Positions 28,998-39,900 of a stretch of 64,000 nucleotides of DNA are shown here, one piece after another. Location of the stretch: NCBI GenBank assembly GCA_964291285.2, contig OZ219786.1:448001-512000 (forward strand), in the 5' to 3' direction. Positions within the stretch are counted from its first letter, which is position 1; every line of letters begins with the position of its first letter. Both the position numbers and the translations under genes were made by a program. This stretch comes from Alphaproteobacteria bacterium (lineage in GTDB: Bacteria > Pseudomonadota > Alphaproteobacteria > Bin95). The notes below the pieces were generated by a model that was not told the DNA's origin, searched no databases, and saw only the letters and a program-made list of their open reading frames with translations.

Positions 28998-31900
28998 CGA
29001 CGCTCGCGAAGATGGCCGTGCCGAGCTACTACATCGAGAGCCAGGCGGCGCATGAGGGCTATTACACGGGCGGCGGCAAGGAGCGTCCGGGCGAGTGGCA
29101 CAACCCGGCCGGCCTCTTCGGCCTGAAGAACGGCGGGATCGTCTGGGAGAAGAAGTTCTACGCGCTCTGCGCCGGCCATTCGCCCGACCTCGACGGCACC
29201 TCGCTCGTGCAGAACGCCGGCTCCGAGAAACGCTCGCCGGGCTTCGACATGACCTTCTCCGCCGACAAGTCGATCTCCGCGTTATGGGCGATCACGCCCA
29301 GGGCCGAGGATCGCGAGAAGATCGAGCGCGCCGTCATCGACGCCGCGCGCTGCGCTCTCGACGAAACCGTGTTCCAGCACTGCGCCACGACACGCGTCGG
29401 AAAGGCCGGGGTGGATCGCCGCGTCGAGACCGGCGACATGCTGGCGGCGACGTTCCTGCACCGCACCTCGCGCGAGGGCGATCCCCAGCTGCATGTCCAC
29501 GCCACGATCTTCAATGCCGTGAAGACGCATTGCGACGGCAAATACCGCGCCCTGCACGGCTATCCGCTCTACTCCTGGAAGAAGGCCGCCGGCGCGGCGT
29601 TCCGGGGCCACCTGGCCCACATCATGCAGGAACGCCTCGGCATCGCCATGGAGCGCCACGGACCCGAAGGCCAATACAGCCGCGTGCGCGAGATGGACCC
29701 GGAGCTGGAACAGGTCTGGAGCAAGCGCCGCGCCGCGATCGTCGCGGCCGTCGCCGAACATCTGGGCGAGGAAGCGCTCTCGAACCCGGCGCAGATGGCG
29801 GCCGCGACGCTCGCGACCCGCTCGCACAAGCCCGAAGGCGGCCCCACGACGGAGGAGGACATCGAGCGCTTCCTGGAGGAGGCCGCGGAGGTCGTCGATG
29901 TCGAGGAGCTCCGGGACCGCATCCACGCTGCCGGGATCGAGGAGCTCACCCGCGAACGCATCGAGGAGATCCACGCCGAGATCACCGCCATTCCCGGGAA
30001 GCTCGCGCAGATGGAGGCGATCTTCAACGTCCCGAACATCATCGAGAAGCTCGAGAACGCTCTCGCCGGCGCGGTCGACCGCGAGGCCATGGGGCGCTGG
30101 CGCGAGGTCGCCCTCGGCAATGCCGAGCTGGTCTCCCTCCAGTATCCGGAGCCCGGCATCGAGGCGCAGGCCGGCATGGCGCACAAGAGGATCTTCACGA
30201 CCGGGGACACGCTCCGCGCCGAGCACACGCTGCGCCACGTCTCGGCCCTTTCGGTTTCGGACCGCACCCACGCCGTCGAACCTGGCAAGGTCGCCCGGCT
30301 GCTCGAGGAACTCGCCAGCAAGGGCAAGCGCTTCAGCGCCGAGCAGCGCAAGGCCATCGACCACGCCGCCGCGGAGTCCGGTCGTATCGCCCTCATCGAA
30401 GGCGCCGCCGGCAGCGGCAAGTCCCACGTGCTCGGCCCCCTTGCCGACCTCTGGCGCGCCGAAGGCCGCACAGTCCGCGCGCTCGCCGTCGCCTGGTCCG
30501 TCGCGGTCGAACTTGCGAGCGACATCGACGCGCCGCCGAGCGCCGTCCACCCCTTCCTGCGCAAGGTCAACAAGGGAGCCGTCGATATCGGTCCCGACAA
30601 CGTCCTGGTCGTGGACGAGGCCGGCATGCTGTCCACGCGCCAGACGCTGCAGCTCGTCCGGTTGAGCGAGCGGACCGGCTGCAAGCTCGTCCTCGTCGGC
30701 GACACCCGGCAGCAGCAGCCGATCGAGGCCGGTCCGGGCATGCGCATCGTCAGGGACCGCGTGAAGGGCGTGCGCATCGACCGCATCCGCCGCCAGAAAG
30801 CGACGCCGGAAGACTTCCTTCGGGAGGTCGACGGCCTGCCGGCCGGGGAAGCCATGGAAAGGGCAGCGGCGATGACCCGCGAGGACCGCGCTGCCGCCCG
30901 CAAGCGCTACACGGCCATGAACCGGGAACGCAAGGCCGCCGGCGAAAAGCCCCTGCGTATCGAACGGCCCTGGCAGCTCGGCGTATCCGCCCTGCTTCGC
31001 ACGGGCGCCATGCACCAGGCCTTCACCGAGCTCCACAAGCGCGGCCGCCTGGCGCTGGCGGAAGGCAAGGAGGACGCCCTGCTTCGCCTGGTCGCGCACT
31101 GGTCCGCATACATGGCCGAGAACCCGGAGCATGACGCCGTCGTCATGGCCCGGACCCGCGCCGACGTGCGCGCGCTCAACGCCCTGCTCCGCGCCCGGCA
31201 CCACGCCGCGACCGGGTCTCCCGGCCATGATCCCGCGAGGGACACCGCCGTCATCCGCATCCACCGCCTGCGCGACCGCGGCAAGGCCCTGGAAGACGAT
31301 TTCGAGGTCCGCGTCGGCGACCGCCTGCGGATCGGCTCCACCGTTTCGCGGCTCGGCCTCTACAACCGCGACGTCGTCACCGTCACCGGCCTCGAAAAGC
31401 GCGAGACCGAAGACGGCAAGACGCAGGTCCTCATCACGGCCCGCACCGGGGACAGGCGCACGATCCGGTTCGAGCCCGGAGACATACGGAACTGGCTCGG
31501 CGAGATCACCATCGACTACGCATATGCCGCAACCTGCACCGCCGCCCAGGGCCTCACCATCGACGCCGGCTTCGTCCTGCTGGACGAGGGCATGGCCCGG
31601 GAGACCGCCTATCCGGCCTGCACCCGGCACACCGACCACCTGCAGGTCGTCGCCGACCGGCTTCCGGTCGCGATCGCGATCGCCGGCGCCACGCCCGACG
31701 GCGAGCCCGGGCGCGAGGTCTCCGACGACGAGGTGCTGATGACGCTGGGGCGGCTCTGCGGGCGCTCGCAGCCCAAGGAGGCCGCGACCGACTACATCCT
31801 GGCCGCCAATGAGCAGGAATACCTCGCACAGGGCGAACTGGAGCTCGGGCGCGACCCGATCGAGCCCGCCATCCCTGCCAACGACGCATTGGAGCCCGGC

Positions 31901-34900
31901 ACCGCCGGCAGCGGGCCGCGCCGCCCCGGGGAAAGCCCCGGCCTCTCCGTCCGCCGGCACGCCGACCGCGCCGCCGTCCAGCGCATCATTGCCGCGTCCA
32001 ACCGACAACTCTCCCAAAACGCCAACCGGGCCGAAGCCTTCGCACTCGCCGCCGACATGGAGGCGGTCGAGGCCGAATGGGCCGGGATCGCCGCGCAACC
32101 TTCCCCGGCACCCGACATCCTGCCGCGCGTCCAGGACACCCTCCAGCGCCACAAGCAGGTCCTGCACCGCGTCCGCGTCTTCCTGCGCAGCCCGGCCCCC
32201 TCACACTCCCAGGAACAACATCACAAGCGCGTCTCCCGCTCCGGGCTCGAGGGATTCGCCAGACTGCGGCGCAACATGCGCAACCGCTGGCGCGAAAGCC
32301 TCCGCGAAGGCGAAGCCGCCAAGGCGCGCCAGGCTGCGCTGCATGCCGACACCCGCAGGCTGTCCGGAGCCCTCCAGCGGGACTGGACCGACTTTCGCGC
32401 CCGGGCCGGCCAGGACTTCCTCGCCCTTCTTTCGGACCCCGAGCACGCGGGCCTCGTTCGCCGGACCGCGGAGCTCGCCGGCAGCCGCACGACCGACCGC
32501 CAGACCGCCCGCGACGCCGAATATTTCCTGCAGGGACATCTTGCTTCCTTCTCCGCCCCGCTCCGCCAGTCCTGGCACGACCTCCAGCCCGCCGATCCCG
32601 ACAAGGCCTGGACTCCGAAGGACGTGGCCGCCTACCGAACGGTCCTCGGACAGTCCCATGCCCTTCTCTCCGCCATGGCCGCGGTCCCGGCGCTCCGCAT
32701 CAACCGCGAAATGCTCCGCCAGCGCCTTCTCGGCGCTCCCACCTACCGCGAGGCGCTCCGCAGCCTCGTGCAGGCCCTGGACAGCGAGGAGGACCTTGTC
32801 CAGCGACGGGAAGCCCGCATGCCGGGCTCTTCCCTGCACACCCGCCGCCTCGCAGCCCACATCGCCTCCCTCGACGCCGCCAGGCGCCTCCCCGGCCTCC
32901 GCGAAGAGGCGCGCAAGGAAATCGGGCGCATCATCCGCGACCACAGGCGCGCCCGCCGCGACGCCGGCGTCACCCGGAACGACGGGCCCTGGCCGACAGA
33001 CGAGCAGATCGCGAAGCGCCTCGCCGCCAACGAGCAGCTCCGCCCCGCCTGGCAGGCCCTTCGCGAAGCGACCCGCAACGACCGGCTCTCCGCCCTCGAA
33101 CGCCCCGAACACCCTCAACTGGTGCGGCTCACCGCCCGGCACGCTGCCGATCCCTCCCTCGACCCCGACACGGCCCGCATCATCCGCACCTACCTGGTCC
33201 GCCACCTGCAGCGGATCGACAAGGCGCTCGACGAGGCCGCCGGGGCCATCGTCCCGGGCCTCAGCCAACCCCGATGGACGCCGGCGGAATTCATCCAGTA
33301 CCGGCGTCTCCGGACTCGCGCGCGCACCCTATCGCGCGAGCTGGCCGCCCTTCCTTCGGAGCTCCCCCTTCAGGGCCTTGTCCGGGACAAGTGGGCCCGG
33401 TGGCTCGCCAGCACGCCCAGAACGACAAGGGCGCTCGACATGCTGGTCCACTCGCTGCGAGCCGAAGACGCCGCGATCGTCGCCCGCGAGACCCTGCTGC
33501 CCCGCTCCACCCTTCCCACCGGGCGCCTTGCGCGTCACATGGCCTCACTGGCCGCTGCCACCCGCCTTGACGGCCTCGCCCACGACATTCGCCAGGAGCT
33601 TCAGGACCTCCGGCGCCTCCACGTAGACGCCCGCCAGGCCGCCGGCGTCTCCCGGGACAATGCCGCCTGGCCCTCCGACGCCGCCGCCAGACGCGAAGCC
33701 GAAGGCCGCGCCCTCAATCGGTCATGGAAGGAGTTCCGGGCCGCCACCCGCTCCAGCTACCTCGCTCCTCTCGACCATCCGGACCATGGCAGCCTCATTT
33801 CCCGGACCGCCACCTTCGCCGTAACGCCCGGCCTGGCCCCGAGACAGGCGGCAGCCTGGCGCCACCATCTGGAGCGCCACCTTCGGGAGCTTGACGACGA
33901 GCTCGACCATGCACGCTATGCGGCCACCTCCGGCGCCGGCCGGTCCGGACTCTCCTTCCACGACTTCGACACACGCATCCGCCTGCCCGGCCGCATGAAG
34001 GCCTTCGCCGGCATCCTCGCAGGCCTGCCTGCCGGCATCGACCGGCCTCCCTTCGACCTCCAGGCCGCCCGCCGTTCCCTTGCCTCCGCTCCCTCGCGTT
34101 CACAGTTCTACCAATCCTTCGTCGACCGGCTCGTCGCAGAAGAGCGCCTCCTCACCCGGAGAGAGGCGCAGATTCCGGGCTCGACCCTCGCCACGCGGCG
34201 CCTCGCCAGCCACATGGCCCTCCTCGAGACGCTGGCCGCGCACGATCTGGTCCCCGAGGGAGACCGCAACGCCCTGCAGCAGCTCCTCGACCAGCACCGG
34301 GAAGCGCGAACCGCCGCCGGCGTTTCCGATACAAACCTGCCTTGGGTCGACTCCCCCGAACGCCAGGCCGCTCTCGATTGCTTGCGCATGGTCAACGCCT
34401 GCAAGGCAGCCCTCGATGCCGCCGACGGAGGAGCTCTCATCTACCAGCCCGGCATCGAGCCTCTGCGCCCCGAGATCGGCCACCTTCTGGAAACCGGCCT
34501 CCTTTCGGCCGGCGACAGGTCCTTCCTCGAGAAACTGCAGCGGCGGCTCGACGGCGAAATCCGGCAGCGCGCCGATATTCTCCATACCATCGACCGTGCC
34601 CGGGCCCATCTGGAAGAATACCCGCCCATTCTAGAGCGCGCCCTCGCCCCGAAGCCACCGCAGCCCGCTCCGGACAAGCCGCCCTCCCCTCCGGGCCTCG
34701 TCGGCCGCGTTCGCCGGCTTCTCGGGGCGGAAGACGGCATTCCCGCCCGCCCCGCCGACCCGGCACCGGCGCCACAGGCCCTCAACGACATCGACCTCGC
34801 ATACCGCCGGTGGGACCTCACGGCCGAACAGATCCTCAAGGCCTTCCAGAGCTGGTCGAACAACGATAGCAAGCTCTACCTCGACCACGTCGACCGGCGG

Positions 34901-35338
34901 CGCATCGACATCTCCGACGTCACGGCCGAACTCGAAGCCATCCGGAGCGCGGCCCGCGAGCCCGGGGCACCGCCGTACCAGGTCGAAGTCCCCAACGCCG
35001 GGCGCTGCGGCATCGAAGATCAGCGCCATGACCCGGAGCGCCTCCATGCCGTCCTTCGCCGCGTCCTGGACCCCGACAGAAGGCCCGACCCGAAAGCGCT
35101 GCTCGAACTCGCCCGAAGAAACCGCGCCTGGCCCAAGGAGACCCTCACCGTCTTCCGCGCCTGCCTGGACCAGGCCGCCGATACCGACGAGACCCTCTTG
35201 CACACGCGCCTCGCGGCCTCCCTGCCGGCCAACCTTGCCGACAGCTTCCGCAATCTCTCCGCGGAAACCTGGCGCCGGCACGCCGAAGTCCGGTTACGCC
35301 ACCGCACCCTCACCCGGGACCAGGGCCTCTCGCTCTGA
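28991..35338 (+). CDS. mobF: MOBF relaxase-helicase with long repeated C-terminal region
   Basis: SYY..EGYY tyrosines, FDMTFSADKSIS, FLHRTSREGDPQLHVH, GAAGSGKS, VVDEAGM, LVGDTRQ, YAYAATCTAAQGLTID. Confidence 0.93.
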   Translation: MVATLAKMAVPSYYIESQAAHEGYYTGGGKERPGEWHNPAGLFGLKNGGIVWEKKFYALCAGHSPDLDGTSLVQNAGSEKRSPGFDMTFSADKSISALWAITPRAEDREKIERAVIDAARCALDETVFQHCATTRVGKAGVDRRVETGDMLAATFLHRTSREGDPQLHVHATIFNAVKTHCDGKYRALHGYPLYSWKKAAGAAFRGHLAHIMQERLGIAMERHGPEGQYSRVREMDPELEQVWSKRRAAIVAAVAEHLGEEALSNPAQMAAATLATRSHKPEGGPTTEEDIERFLEEAAEVVDVEELRDRIHAAGIEELTRERIEEIHAEITAIPGKLAQMEAIFNVPNIIEKLENALAGAVDREAMGRWREVALGNAELVSLQYPEPGIEAQAGMAHKRIFTTGDTLRAEHTLRHVSALSVSDRTHAVEPGKVARLLEELASKGKRFSAEQRKAIDHAAAESGRIALIEGAAGSGKSHVLGPLADLWRAEGRTVRALAVAWSVAVELASDIDAPPSAVHPFLRKVNKGAVDIGPDNVLVVDEAGMLSTRQTLQLVRLSERTGCKLVLVGDTRQQQPIEAGPGMRIVRDRVKGVRIDRIRRQKATPEDFLREVDGLPAGEAMERAAAMTREDRAAARKRYTAMNRERKAAGEKPLRIERPWQLGVSALLRTGAMHQAFTELHKRGRLALAEGKEDALLRLVAHWSAYMAENPEHDAVVMARTRADVRALNALLRARHHAATGSPGHDPARDTAVIRIHRLRDRGKALEDDFEVRVGDRLRIGSTVSRLGLYNRDVVTVTGLEKRETEDGKTQVLITARTGDRRTIRFEPGDIRNWLGEITIDYAYAATCTAAQGLTIDAGFVLLDEGMARETAYPACTRHTDHLQVVADRLPVAIAIAGATPDGEPGREVSDDEVLMTLGRLCGRSQPKEAATDYILAANEQEYLAQGELELGRDPIEPAIPANDALEPGTAGSGPRRPGESPGLSVRRHADRAAVQRIIAASNRQLSQNANRAEAFALAADMEAVEAEWAGIAAQPSPAPDILPRVQDTLQRHKQVLHRVRVFLRSPAPSHSQEQHHKRVSRSGLEGFARLRRNMRNRWRESLREGEAAKARQAALHADTRRLSGALQRDWTDFRARAGQDFLALLSDPEHAGLVRRTAELAGSRTTDRQTARDAEYFLQGHLASFSAPLRQSWHDLQPADPDKAWTPKDVAAYRTVLGQSHALLSAMAAVPALRINREMLRQRLLGAPTYREALRSLVQALDSEEDLVQRREARMPGSSLHTRRLAAHIASLDAARRLPGLREEARKEIGRIIRDHRRARRDAGVTRNDGPWPTDEQIAKRLAANEQLRPAWQALREATRNDRLSALERPEHPQLVRLTARHAADPSLDPDTARIIRTYLVRHLQRIDKALDEAAGAIVPGLSQPRWTPAEFIQYRRLRTRARTLSRELAALPSELPLQGLVRDKWARWLASTPRTTRALDMLVHSLRAEDAAIVARETLLPRSTLPTGRLARHMASLAAATRLDGLAHDIRQELQDLRRLHVDARQAAGVSRDNAAWPSDAAARREAEGRALNRSWKEFRAATRSSYLAPLDHPDHGSLISRTATFAVTPGLAPRQAAAWRHHLERHLRELDDELDHARYAATSGAGRSGLSFHDFDTRIRLPGRMKAFAGILAGLPAGIDRPPFDLQAARRSLASAPSRSQFYQSFVDRLVAEERLLTRREAQIPGSTLATRRLASHMALLETLAAHDLVPEGDRNALQQLLDQHREARTAAGVSDTNLPWVDSPERQAALDCLRMVNACKAALDAADGGALIYQPGIEPLRPEIGHLLETGLLSAGDRSFLEKLQRRLDGEIRQRADILHTIDRARAHLEEYPPILERALAPKPPQPAPDKPPSPPGLVGRVRRLLGAEDGIPARPADPAPAPQALNDIDLAYRRWDLTAEQILKAFQSWSNNDSKLYLDHVDRRRIDISDVTAELEAIRSAAREPGAPPYQVEVPNAGRCGIEDQRHDPERLHAVLRRVLDPDRRPDPKALLELARRNRAWPKETLTVFRACLDQAADTDETLLHTRLAASLPANLADSFRNLSAETWRRHAEVRLRHRTLTRDQGLSL

Positions 35339-35423
35339 CGGGAAGCCCCTCGCCGGTCTCGCGACCGCTTCTTCAACCTCGCCTCCCAAGGCCCCGAAAA
35401 AGGCTCCGGACCTCGACCAGGAC

Positions 35424-35993
35424 ATGGAACGGTGGCTGCAAATCGCGTTTGTGTGCCAGGCGGCAGGTGTTTCTCTGGCCATGGAGCCCGGCGACTGGGA
35501 CAACGCTCGGCCAGAGGCAATGACCCTGCTTTCGATATTGGCTGCCGCTGTGCTTTTCCGTCTGGGACGCGGCGTTCCAACCATGTCGGTCGACGGCCTT
35601 TCCGTGAAGGAGGCCAGGGATCTGGCGTACGCCCATGAGAAAGTGGCGCATCGGCTGGCTGTCGTGGCGGGGATGACAGCTGCCGGGCTCGTCGGTCTTG
35701 CTGTGATCGGCGTCGCCCACCGCCTTGTCCGCCTTCATCTGCCCGCCGATATCGTGGAATTCTGCAGCAGATCGTTGACGGCACTGCTGGCCGTGGTTCT
35801 TGCGTTGACGTTCTGTCGAGCGGTCGTACTTGTTCGCGGCGACCTGTCATCCGTCCGGGTTCAGGGCAGGAGCATGGTAGCAAGCGTCCGACGGCGTCAC
35901 GTCGATGAAGCGGCCATTGCCATACGGAAAGCCGAAGAGTCCCGACCATTCGAAGCGCCATCCAACCATGGCGAACTCATTGACGAGCGCTGA
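35424..35993 (+). CDS. Hypothetical membrane protein
   Basis: Three to four hydrophobic segments; lower GC than neighbours. Confidence 0.55.
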   Translation: MERWLQIAFVCQAAGVSLAMEPGDWDNARPEAMTLLSILAAAVLFRLGRGVPTMSVDGLSVKEARDLAYAHEKVAHRLAVVAGMTAAGLVGLAVIGVAHRLVRLHLPADIVEFCSRSLTALLAVVLALTFCRAVVLVRGDLSSVRVQGRSMVASVRRRHVDEAAIAIRKAEESRPFEAPSNHGELIDER

Positions 35994-36029
35994 GTTCAAC
36001 AAGGAGCTCACCAGGGGACACGGCTACGG

Positions 36030-36185
36030 GCTGTCTCATTGATACGGAACGCCCTGTCCGCAAGGGGATCGATCAGCGGACGCGACCGCCCGCATCGCGA
36101 GGCCCCGCAAAACCGGGACGATGCTGTCTCATATGGATGGTCCGGAAAGAATTGCGGTGATGGGGCGCTTTGCGTACAGTCCGGA
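36030..36185. promoter_or_regulatory. Probable res site
   Basis: Repeated TGTCTCAT/TGTCCG half-site-like motifs immediately upstream of the resolvase. Confidence 0.4.
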
Positions 36186-36189
36186 GACC

Positions 36190-36768
36190 ATGACCGGACT
36201 CCTCATCGGCTACGCCCGCTGCTCGACCGATGGACAGGACCTGGAGGCCCAGCGCCTGGCCCTGAGCGGTCTCGGCGTCGGGGACGACCGCATCTACACC
36301 GACCGCGGCCTCACCGGGACCGCGCGCGACCGCCCGGGCCTGGACCGCGCCCTCGCCGCCGTGCGCCAGGGCGACACCCTCGTCGTCGCCAAGCTCGACC
36401 GCCTCGCCCGGTCCGTCCCCGACGCCCGCTCCATCGCCGACGCGCTCCGCGCCAAGGGCGTGAAGCTCGCCATCGGGAATACCGTCCACGACCCGGACGA
36501 CCCCATGGGCAGGATGTTCTTCAACATCCTCGCCACCTTCGCCGAGTTCGAGGCCGACCTCATCCGGATGAGAACCCGCGAAGGCATGGCCGTCGCCCGC
36601 GCCAAGGGGAAACTGCGCGGCAAACAGCCCAAGCTGACGCCGAAACAGCAACGCGAACTGCGCCGCATGCGCGATACCGGCGAATACTCCGTCAGCGACC
36701 TCGCCGAACTCTTCAGCGTCTCGAGGCCGACCGTGTACCGCACACTGCAAAGAACCAGGGCTGCTTAG
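36190..36768 (+). CDS. tnpR: Serine resolvase (TnpR-like) with C-terminal HTH
   Basis: IGYARCSTDGQDL, RPGL, KLDRLARS, FAEFEADLIRMRTREG, LAELFSVSRPTVYR. Confidence 0.92.
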   Translation: MTGLLIGYARCSTDGQDLEAQRLALSGLGVGDDRIYTDRGLTGTARDRPGLDRALAAVRQGDTLVVAKLDRLARSVPDARSIADALRAKGVKLAIGNTVHDPDDPMGRMFFNILATFAEFEADLIRMRTREGMAVARAKGKLRGKQPKLTPKQQRELRRMRDTGEYSVSDLAELFSVSRPTVYRTLQRTRAA

Positions 36769-36801
36769 CGCAGGATTTCGCCCCCTACTACCAATGACCC
36801 C
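36764..36801 (-). mobile_element. Tn3-family 38-bp terminal inverted repeat
   Basis: Minus strand GGGGTCATTGGTAGTAGGGGGCGAAATCCTGCGCTAAG: 38 bp with GGGG..TAAG signature, overlapping the resolvase stop. Confidence 0.8.
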
Positions 36802-36902
36802 CTCCTGCCACTCCGCGCATGGCGGCACTCCTTGCCCCCATGGGTAGGCAGGTCATTGTCCATGAGCCTCCTGCCACTCCGCGCATGGCGGCACTCCTTG
36901 CC
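36801..36902 (+). repeat. Two identical 36-bp direct repeats separated by 30 bp
   Basis: CCTCCTGCCACTCCGCGCATGGCGGCACTCCTTGCC at 36801-36836 and 36867-36902. Confidence 0.85.
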
Positions 36903-36972
36903 ATATGGCAAAATCCAGCCATGCGCCGGCATCCGGCAACCCGGCCAGTGACCGAACACAGGGACGCTTGAA

Positions 36973-39900
36973 ATGTCCGATATCGAAGGCCCCGCAAGCC
37001 CCGCCACCGGCACCGCCGGGATCATGGACCACATGACCGCCGACGCGCGTCCCTCTTCGCGAGAACCCGACACGCGCGCCCCCGGCGACATCGAATCCGG
37101 CCGCATGGGCGTCGACCTTCTCTTCGAAGCCATCGGGGCGGGCCTCTGTCCGGACGACTCCATCCTCGCTCCCGACCGGGACCGCCTCCTGTGGAACGCC
37201 GTCGAGCAGCTGCGCAGCCATGTCGGACGCCTCGACTCCAGGCTTGAGCACCGCCTTCGCGAACCCACCCCCGAACAGCGCGAAGAGCGCGCCCGCGACA
37301 ACGAAAGCAACGCCGGCGACACCGACTTCCTCCTGGCCGACCAGGCGGAGGCCACGCAGGCCCAGCTTCGCATCCTCCGCGACACGCTCGACCATGCCAT
37401 GCAGCGCTATGGCGAAGCCGTCGGCCAGCCCTGGATCGCACGCCATGGCACCGCAGATCCCGGACCCTCCGCATACGGACTCGGCGTCCAGATCGACGCC
37501 TCGACCTTCTTCGCAGCGCGCGAACTATGGCAGCCCAGTCCGGACACACTCACCCGCGTCCGCGAAGCCATGGAGGATGCCGACCTCAAGCGCGCCGCCG
37601 TTCTCGCGGCCGCCCAGAACAGGGATGCCCCCACCCGTCTCCAGGACCTTCCCTTCCCCTACAACGTCGGCGAACGCGAGCCCACCGCCGCCGCCGTCAC
37701 CGGCATGTTCCAGGCGCTCTCGCTGATCTATCCCGGCGGCACACAGCTCCAGGACGAGCGCGACGCCGGGTGCTGGCGCCTGGTGCGCATGTTAGACGCC
37801 GGCGCCGCCCGCGCCACCGAGGACGCGCTACGGCGCATGACCGACCATCCGGCCCTCACTCCCACGCCCGATCCGGGCGCCGCCGCGTCCTTCGACGACG
37901 GCACCCGCTCCTCCATGCTTCGCGTCCAGATGCTCTCGCGCGCCGCCGACGCCGCCGGCGCCGTCTACCAGGAGATCACGGGCGACGAGTGGGACCGGCG
38001 CGACCCCGCCATGACTGCTGCAGGCGGCCCTCGCATCCGCACATCGCTCACAAGCCGGCACTACGCCGCGGCCCAGCGCGTCGCCGCTCTCGGACACCCC
38101 ACCCCGCATCAGCTCGACGGTCCGCACATCGTGATCGTCGGCAGCGCCGACCTTGACATGGAGCGCAACCGGCGCGCCGTCGAAACCCAGCTGGAACGCC
38201 TTCACGACCGCGTGCCGGAAATGGTGCTCCATTACGGCGCCCGGCTGCGAGACCGGGGCGGAGTCGATCGCCAACAGGGAATCGACGCCATCGTCCACCG
38301 ATGGGCCAGCGGCCGAGGCGTTCCGCTCATCCCCAATCCTCCCCTCTGGGATGCAGCGAACAACCGCTTCGACCTTCACGGCCGCGACGACGCATGGATC
38401 CACATGAACCCCGACCTGGTCGTCGACTTCGGCGGCTCCGGGAACGCACACCGGCGCTTCCTCTCTCTCGTGAACCGGAACCGCATCGAGCTGCGCACGG
38501 CGCGCACGCGTTCCCAGGCCCGGAACCGCGAAGACATTTCCCGCACGGCATCCGAGACCCCTCAACCCTCCACCTCATCCCACGCCCTGCGCTGGGCCGG
38601 CATCGGGGCACGCAAGACCCCCGCGCCTGTGCTCGCCGACATGACAGAACTCGCCCGTCGCATGTCGGATGCCGGCTTCCACCTCTCCTCCGGAGGCGCC
38701 CGCGGCGCGGACACCGCCTTCGCAGCCGGCGTTCCCGCCGACCGGCGCTCCATCTGGCTTCCGTGGGCCGGCTACAACGACCTTCGCGGACCGGACTGCC
38801 AAACCCTTCCGCCCGAGCGCCTGCAGGACTGCATGGACGTCGCCGGGCGCCTGCACCCGAACTGGGACAACTGCTCGCCGGCGGTCCGCGCCCTGCACGC
38901 ACGCAATGTCGCGATCCTGCTCGGCCCCGATCTCGACAATCCCGTCGACGCCGTCGTCTGCTGGACCGAAGGCGGCCGCCGCCGCGGAGGAACCGGCCTC
39001 GGCATTCGCATCGCCCAGGACCGGAACATACCCGTCATCAATCTCGCTACCGTCTCCGCGCGGCAAGCCTGGGACACACTCCAGCGTCTTCGACAGACAC
39101 CCGACCAGTCGCACGAGGCCGCCACCGCCGCCCGCGACCGCGCCGACCCCGAACAGCGGCGCGCCCTTCGCCGCGACCGCGCGGTCACACGGCTCCACAA
39201 AATGCTCCGCGACCACGACATCGGAAACCTTCCCCGCTTCGCCCTCGCCCAGCTCCGCGAGGAAAACGCGCGCGCCGAGGCCCATGAGCGCCTCGACACC
39301 ATGTCCCGCGACGAGCTCCTCGACGCCCTCGACAACATCGAGGACCAGACACGCCAGCTCCGCGACCGAGCCACTCCCGACGGCCCCACGACGCCCGAGA
39401 CCATCGAGCGCGACAAGCGCCTCGCCGCACTCGAAGCCGCCGGCGACCGCATCCATGCCGTGCTCGCCGACAAGAACCTCTCAGCGCTTCGCGAGCAGGA
39501 AAGTCCCGATACCCGGCTCTCCTCCGATGAACGTCAGGAAAAAGCCACTACCCAGCGCCGCGTTCTTTCCATCATGGTATCCGCCTGGCGTCTTGCCGAG
39601 GAAGGCCCGCTCGCTGCCCAGTCCAACCGTATCGTCAAGGCCGCCGCGCAGGTTTTCGCCAGCCGGCAAACGTATCTCAACGGCAGGCTCGCCGACGAAA
39701 CCCGCATCCGCTCCGGACTCGGCCTCGCCCATACGCCCGGCTCCGAGGAAGAAACCCTCGCCCTCGCCAGCCGCGGAACCGGCCAGAACCCCGGCAAGGA
39801 CGCCGAGCCCTTCGAGCACATGCTCACCGACGCCGAAATCAGGCAGAAGGACGAGGAATACCACGCGCTGGCCATGCGCAGCCACCGCCTGGACCTCATG

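Noticed and set aside
29282-32167. 961-aa minus-strand ORF
   Set aside because: Antisense shadow of the relaxase
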